From positions 95,661-159,660 of the forward strand of contig CAVVPF010000007.1 in assembly GCA_963750025.1 (NCBI GenBank): a stretch of 64,000 nt of DNA, written 5' to 3'. The translations under genes were made by a program, and so were the position numbers. Position 1 is the stretch's first letter. Each line of letters starts with the position of its first letter. This stretch comes from an uncultured Chloroflexia bacterium. Lineage in GTDB: Bacteria > Chloroflexota > Limnocylindria > QHBO01. The notes under the pieces were generated by a model. The model was not told the DNA's origin and did no database searches. It saw only the letters and a list, made by a program, of their open reading frames with translations. This document shows, in pieces, positions 59,274 through 64,000 of this stretch.

Positions 59274-60282
59274 ATGACCGACCAGATCGGGGTGATCGGG
59301 GCCGGAGCGTGGGGCACCACGCTGGCCGTCAAGCTGGCGGCGGCCGAGCGCCCGGTCACCATCTGGGCGCACCGTGCGGCGGTCAACTCGGAGCTGGCCG
59401 CCTCGCGTCAGAACAGTCGTTACCTGCCCGGGGTCAGCGTTTCCGCCGAACATCCGGGTGGCCACCGATGACGCCTACCTGGCCGAGCCGCATCGGCTCT
59501 TCGTGCTGGCCGTGCCGTCCGCTCATCTGCGCGCGACACTGGCCCGTCTGCGCCCGCACCTGTACCCAGAGGCGACCCTGCTGAGCGTGGTGAAGGGGAT
59601 CGAGGAGGGGACGCACCTGCGCATGAGCGAGGTGATCGATCAAGAGCTACCCGGCAGACAGGTGGCGGTCCTCTCCGGCCCGAACCTGGCCAGGGAGATC
59701 GCGGCCGGCCTTCCCGCCGGCACCGTCATCGCTGCCCGTGACGGCGTAGTGGCCGCAGAGATGGCGGCGCTCTTCGCGTCGGATCGCTTCCGGGTCTACA
59801 CCAATCCCGACGTGGTCGGTGTCGAGCTGAGCGGCGCGCTCAAGAACGTCGTGGCGCTGGCGGCGGGCTTCGTGGATGGGCTCGGCCTGGGAGACAGCGC
59901 CAAGGCGGGGATCATTACCCGCGGGCTGGCCGAGATGACCCGGCTGGGCGTGGCGGCGGGCGCCCATCCACTCACCTTCGCCGGGCTGGCCGGAGTCGGC
60001 GACCTGATCGCGACCTGCATGAGCCCGCTGTCGCGCAATCGCCGGGCCGGCGAACTGATGGCCTCCGGCCTCTCCTGGACCGATGCCTCCGCACAACTGA
60101 ATGGCGTGGCGGAGGGAGTCTTCACCGTGCGCGGCGCCCTGGAGCTGGCTGCCAAGCACGGCGTGCAGCTACCGATCGCTGAGCAGGTCGACGCGGTGGT
60201 GCACGGCGGGCGTCCGCCGATGCAGGCGGTGGCGGAGCTGATGGCACGTGCGCCGCAGGACGAGCTGAGCCGCTCGGACTGA
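59274..60282 (+). pseudogene. gpsA: NAD(P)H-dependent glycerol-3-phosphate dehydrogenase, one frameshift near 59436
   Basis: 'IGVIGAGAWGTTLA', 'NSRYLPGV|AFPPNIRVATD', 'VVKGIE', 'LSGPNLAREIA', 'GALKNVVALAAG', 'GDLIATCMSPLSRNR'. Confidence 0.9.
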
Positions 60283-60299
60283 TGTCGAGCGCCTGAGGC

Positions 60300-62021
60300 T
60301 CAGCCCGGCTCGAGCGGGAGGTAGGCGGGCCACCACATGGCGCGGTCGACCGCCGGCTCGATCTCCTCGTCGCGGTACTGTCGCCCGTACCCGCTCTCCT
60401 GCGCATGGCGCACCAGTGCGATGGCGATGGCGCGGGCGCATGTCCGTAACTCGGCGATCGGCGGATAGAGGGCGCCCGTGGCGAGCCGTTCCGGCGCCAG
60501 CAGACCGGCCAGCTCGCGAGCGGCGATCAGGAAGGCATCGTCGGTCAGTTCGCGCGCCTCCGCGACGATCGCTCCGAGGCCCACTCCGGGGAAGATGAAG
60601 ACGTTGTTCGCCTGCCCGATCGTCTTTCGGCCGGCCGGGCCATCGACGTCGTTGAAGGGGCTGCCGGCGGCAACGAGGGCGCGGCCCTCGGTCCAGGCAA
60701 GGATTTCGTCCGGCCGCGCCTCCGCCCGATCGCCCGGGTTCGAGAGGGGGAGGAAGATCGGCTCTCGGTCGTGGCGGGCCACCTCGCGCACGAGCGCCTC
60801 GGAGAAGGCGCCGCGCGAGCCCGTGGTACCGATCAGGATGGTGGGCCGGAACGCCGCCGCCACCGCCACGGGGTCGCGCCGCGCCTCGTCGTCGAGTCCC
60901 AGCGCGACCGCCCGAGCAGCGTCCATAGCGCACGGGCGTTGATCGTCGGCGAGGTCCGGACGCGAGGTCTCGACCAGACCGTGACTGTCGAGCAGTGCGA
61001 TCGCCTCGGCGGCGGCCGCTGGGTCGACCCCCTCGTCGGCGAGCTCCCGCAGGAAGAGCCGTGCGATGCCGAGCGCGGCCGCCCCGGCACCAAGGAACAT
61101 GACCCGTTCGCCGGACAGGCCGCCCCTTGACGCTCGCGCTGCCAGCAGCCCAGCGAGCACGACCGCGCCGGTTCCCTGCACGTCATCGTTGAAGGTCGGC
61201 AGCCGGTGGCGATAGCGCTCCAGCACGCGCAGTGCGTTGTGCTGCTTGAAGTCCTCCCACTGCACCAGCGCTCGCGGGAAGACGCGCCCCACGGCATCGA
61301 CGAAAGCCTCGACCACGTCGTCGTACGCCTCGCCGCGCAGGCGCCGCTCGCGGTAGCCCAGGTAGAGCGGATCGGCCAGCAGCTCCTCGCGATCGGTCCC
61401 GACGTCGAGTGAGACGGGGAGCGTCTGGGCGGGGTAGATGCCGGCGGCCGCGGTATAGAGCGCCAGCTTGCCGACCGGGATCGCCATGCCGCCGGCTCCC
61501 TGGTCGCCGAGTCCCAGGATGCGCTCGTTGTCGGTGACCACGATCAGGCGCACGTCGCGATCGGTCGCCGAGCGGAGGATGGCGTCGATCCGACCAACGT
61601 CGGCCGGCGTGATCCATACCCCACGGGGCCGCCGAAAGATGTGGCTGAACTCCTGGCAGGCACGACCGACCGTCGGCGTGTAGACGATCGGCAGGAATTC
61701 CTCGAGGTTATCGAGCAGGAGCCGATAGAAGAGCGTCTCGTTGCGATCCTGGAGGGCCGCCAAGCCGATGTAGCGCTCGAGGTCGTCCGACTTGCGGCGC
61801 ACGTGCTCGAGCTCAAGAGCCAGCTGCTCCTCGATTGTCGAGACGCGCGCCGGCAGCAGGCCGCGCAGACCGAACTGGTCACGCTCCTCGTCTGAGAAGG
61901 CCGTGCCCTTGTTGAGCAGCGGGTGAGCGATCAGCTCCGGACCGCGGCGGCGTACGACGACTGGGCCTCGCGGCGCCTCGAGCGCCGGGGGCGCGGCCGA
62001 CCGTGTCGTCACCCTCTCCAT
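60300..62021 (-). CDS. NAD(P)-dependent malic enzyme (oxaloacetate-decarboxylating malate dehydrogenase)
   Basis: 'LLNKGTAFSDEERDQFGLRGLLP', 'IVYTPTVGRACQ', 'VVTDNERILGLGDQGAGGMAIPVGKL', 'FNDDVQGTGAV', 'FLGAGAAALG', 'IFPGVGLG'. Confidence 0.92.
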   Translation of the reverse strand: MERVTTRSAAPPALEAPRGPVVVRRRGPELIAHPLLNKGTAFSDEERDQFGLRGLLPARVSTIEEQLALELEHVRRKSDDLERYIGLAALQDRNETLFYRLLLDNLEEFLPIVYTPTVGRACQEFSHIFRRPRGVWITPADVGRIDAILRSATDRDVRLIVVTDNERILGLGDQGAGGMAIPVGKLALYTAAAGIYPAQTLPVSLDVGTDREELLADPLYLGYRERRLRGEAYDDVVEAFVDAVGRVFPRALVQWEDFKQHNALRVLERYRHRLPTFNDDVQGTGAVVLAGLLAARASRGGLSGERVMFLGAGAAALGIARLFLRELADEGVDPAAAAEAIALLDSHGLVETSRPDLADDQRPCAMDAARAVALGLDDEARRDPVAVAAAFRPTILIGTTGSRGAFSEALVREVARHDREPIFLPLSNPGDRAEARPDEILAWTEGRALVAAGSPFNDVDGPAGRKTIGQANNVFIFPGVGLGAIVAEARELTDDAFLIAARELAGLLAPERLATGALYPPIAELRTCARAIAIALVRHAQESGYGRQYRDEEIEPAVDRAMWWPAYLPLEPG

Positions 62022-62123
62022 CGGACTCGACGTTAGCTGTTCGGCCGATACAAGGAAAGGGCCGTTGGGACCCCCCGGCGAAGGTCGGATGGCCCGCGTG
62101 TCGTAGACTTGCGGCTGCTCGGT

Positions 62124-62200
62124 CGGGGCGTAGCGCAGTCTGGTAGCGCACCTGAATGGGGTTCAGGAGGTCGAAGGTTCGAATCCTTTCGCCCCGACCA
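62124..62200 (+). tRNA. tRNA-Pro (anticodon GGG)
   Basis: Manual cloverleaf: acceptor CGGGGCG/CGCCCCG, D-stem GCGC/GCGC, anticodon stem CCTGA/TCAGG with loop 'ATGGGGT', T-arm GAAGG-TTCGAAT-CCTTT, discriminator A, encoded CCA. 77 nt. Confidence 0.9.
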
Positions 62201-62702
62201 TACTTCTGAGCACGAAATGGCCCCTCCGAGGCGATCCCGGAAGGGCCATCGTTTGCCCCGTACCCCCGTTCGTACCCCTAACCGTCGGCCGTACCCCCAA
62301 GATTCCGGACATCCGTTCGGCAGTCCTGGTCGCCATTGCGTCGGTGTAGTGCGCGTACACGTTGGCCGTGGTGGACAAGTCGGCGTGGCCGAGCGCCCGA
62401 GAAACTTCGAACAGCTCGGCGCCAGCCTCGAGTTGCAGAGTGGCGAAGGCGTGCCGTAGATCGTGGAACCGCTGGCGGGGGAGTTCGGCCGTGGCCAGGA
62501 TTGTCTGGAGCTGCCGCGTCACGTTGCGCGATTCGAGCGGGCCGCCCGTCCGGTTCGCGAACACGAAGCCGCGCACGTCCCAGCGCCTCGAACGCTCGCG
62601 GGCCGTCGCCTGCTGGCGCTCTAGGCGTCGCAGGGCCGCCGTGACCGGTAGCGGCAGGTGGAGCGTCCGGCGTGAGCGCTCCGTCTTCGGCTCGGCCAGC
62701 AC
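62163..62702 (-). pseudogene. Tyrosine integrase, C-terminal catalytic part only; its 3' end runs antisense into tRNA-Pro
   Basis: 'LAEPKTERSRRTLHLP', 'FVFANRTGGPL', 'RFHDLRHAFATLQLEAGAELFEVSRALGHADLSTTANVYAHY'. No N-terminal SAM-like or core-binding domain in frame upstream. Confidence 0.7.
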
Positions 62703-62911
62703 GCCCGGTGGGCGGGTCCTGCCCGGAGGTGCTGCACTTGGCGCTCGGCGACAACGATCGTCGCTGGGACCAGCTGTGCGACCGCGCCATCGCGCGGGTC
62801 CTGCCCGAGGTAGCGGCCCTGCTCGACGCCGCCATCGCCGCGGAGTGGGAGAAGACCCCGATCAAGGTCGAATGGCATCGGGTGCCGAGAGCGGTGGCCG
62901 CCGATGCCTGA
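62672..62911 (+). CDS. Hypothetical small protein (island gene)
   Basis: 'RWDQLCDRAIARVLPEVAALLDAAIAAEWEKTPIKVEWHRV'. Stop overlaps the next ATG (ATGCCTGA). True start uncertain (possibly GTG ~62730). Confidence 0.35.
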   Translation: MSAPSSARPARPVGGSCPEVLHLALGDNDRRWDQLCDRAIARVLPEVAALLDAAIAAEWEKTPIKVEWHRVPRAVAADA

Positions 62912-63089
62912 TCCGCAAGCCGTGGCGGCGCTGATCGACCGGGCGGAGGAGCTGGCCAGTCGAGTCCGTGGGCCGCTCATGCGGCTCCCGAGCCTCCACA
63001 GGCGGCGCCTGCTGGCCGAAGGCGTCCTGGAGGCGCTGAGGCGCGATACGCCGCCGCTCCTGCCGGCCCTGGAGCCAGTCCCGGCCTGA
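62904..63089 (+). CDS. Hypothetical small protein (island gene)
   Basis: 61 aa, translationally coupled to the upstream ORF. No recognisable domain. Confidence 0.3.
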   Translation: MPDPQAVAALIDRAEELASRVRGPLMRLPSLHRRRLLAEGVLEALRRDTPPLLPALEPVPA

Positions 63090-63153
63090 ACGCATGGGGC
63101 CGGTGGGTCGTCCCCCCGCCTGCCGGCCTCGCCCCACAGCACAAGAGAACGAG

Positions 63154-63414
63154 ATGGCGATGATCGGGAGCCTGCACTTCAAGCTCATCCCGCCGCCGCT
63201 GATCACCGAGGATCTGGCAGAGGCCATGGTGGAGACCGCCGACGCGATCGTGGACCGCATCGACCGTCGCAAGGCTTGCCGCGGCGGTACGCTTGAGCAG
63301 CAGACCGCGTTGGCCGATGCCCTCGACCTCGCGTACTTCGTGCTCGGCACGACGAGCCCCATGTCAAAGGCGGAGATGGCTGCCCGGGCGCGCGTCATCG
63401 TGTGCACGTCCTGA
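63154..63414 (+). CDS. Hypothetical small protein (island gene)
   Basis: ATG at 63154: 'MAMIGSLHFKLIPPPLITEDLAEAMVETADAIVDRIDRRK'. Non-repetitive, balanced composition. Confidence 0.4.
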   Translation: MAMIGSLHFKLIPPPLITEDLAEAMVETADAIVDRIDRRKACRGGTLEQQTALADALDLAYFVLGTTSPMSKAEMAARARVIVCTS

Positions 63415-63672
63415 TCGCCGCGTCCTACGCTGGGGAGCCTGTAGGGCCGTCCCACGGGCTCGCGGGCGGGCTTGCGCGTCCTACGGCGGGCGACATTGAC
63501 GGGCGCGAGAGCTCGAGCGGCCATCTGCGTTCTAGCGGTGTAGATCGCAGATCCGCGGCGATGGCAAGGTTGCGCGCAAGGCGGTGGTAGTACGATCTAC
63601 CCCGCTATCATCCACGAGCGAGCAGGGTTACTGTAGGCCCAACCACGTCAGCAGCGCGGGGGGTTCTGAGCG

Positions 63673-63942
63673 ATGGACCACGAGCCAGCATCGCCGTTCG
63701 ACGTCTACGTCAACGGCGTCCAGATCAACAGTGCCGCATGGGACTTCACGGTAGAGTTCTATGTCAAACGTGACGCTGACCCGAAGACGCCAGCCGAGCT
63801 GTTGGGCCGTGTACGCATGTCGCCGCAGCACGCATTGATCTTCGCGAGGTTGCTTCAGCGCCAGGTGGATGGCTATCAGTCGACCATCGGGCCGATCAAG
63901 TTGCCCCCCAAGATGTACAACGATCTCGGGCTCAAGGAGTAG
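63673..63942 (+). CDS. DUF3467 domain-containing protein
   Basis: 'YVNGVQINSAAWDFTVEF', 'GRVRMSPQHALIFARLLQRQVDGYQSTIGPI'. Typical DUF3467 pattern and ~90-aa length. Confidence 0.65.
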   Translation: MDHEPASPFDVYVNGVQINSAAWDFTVEFYVKRDADPKTPAELLGRVRMSPQHALIFARLLQRQVDGYQSTIGPIKLPPKMYNDLGLKE

Positions 63943-63947
63943 CGATC

Positions 63948-64000
63948 ATGGTCTCCACACTCATTCTGAAGCTGAAGACGACCATCGGTAAGCCCACCTG
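63948..64000 (+). CDS. 5' end of an unidentified gene running off the window
   Basis: ATG at 63948, 6 nt after the upstream stop: 'MVSTLILKLKTTIGKPT'. Visibly lower GC than the core. Confidence 0.3.
   Translation, partial: MVSTLILKLKTTIGKPT

Noticed and set aside
62621-63142. Minus-strand ORF as the missing N-terminal half of the integrase
   Set aside because: It contains a vaguely integrase-like 'FDLDRGLL' segment but is otherwise Arg/Ser-rich junk. The plus strand here carries translationally coupled, protein-like small ORFs. Judged a shadow ORF, though a badly decayed integrase remnant cannot be excluded.

Overview
Visibly GC-rich (about two-thirds G+C by eye, not computed) bacterial chromosomal segment. 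The core, about 7.8-54.4 kb, is an almost uninterrupted plus-strand run of housekeeping genes with frequent start/stop overlaps: comM fragment, dprA, topA, xerC, murJ, murE, femAB-like, relA, hisS, aspS, an LCP gene, cysteine desulfurase, mnmA, alaS, ruvX, mltG, pepP, efp, xseAB, dxs, tlyA, nadK, recN, xerD, punA, scpAB, rluB-cmk, plsC and ispH. These are followed by der, an arsA-like gene, gpsA and a malic enzyme gene. The gene order resembles monoderm or Chloroflexota/Actinomycetota layouts (taxon not determinable here). Both flanks look accessory. The left 7.8 kb encodes a K+ channel, exported proteins, lipoproteins and zinc-ribbon membrane proteins, and ends at a 5'-truncated comM bracketed by a 37-bp direct repeat. 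The right end has tRNA-Pro(GGG) followed by a truncated tyrosine integrase and small phage-like genes in lower-GC DNA. Two things stand out. (1) A previously unrecognised 146-147 nt repeat family, apparently RNA-structured, is present in three copies. Each copy has a different perfect short-unit tandem array on its 5' side, and two copies bracket a lone minus-strand glycosyltransferase gene. (2) At least about 28 single-base frame disruptions plus one in-frame TAG hit conserved, mostly essential genes (dxs, tlyA, mnmA, alaS, aspS, relA, recN, xseA, scpAB, gpsA and others). Uncorrected indel errors are the most economical explanation, but this must be checked. No CRISPR array, rRNA gene or complete transposase was seen.
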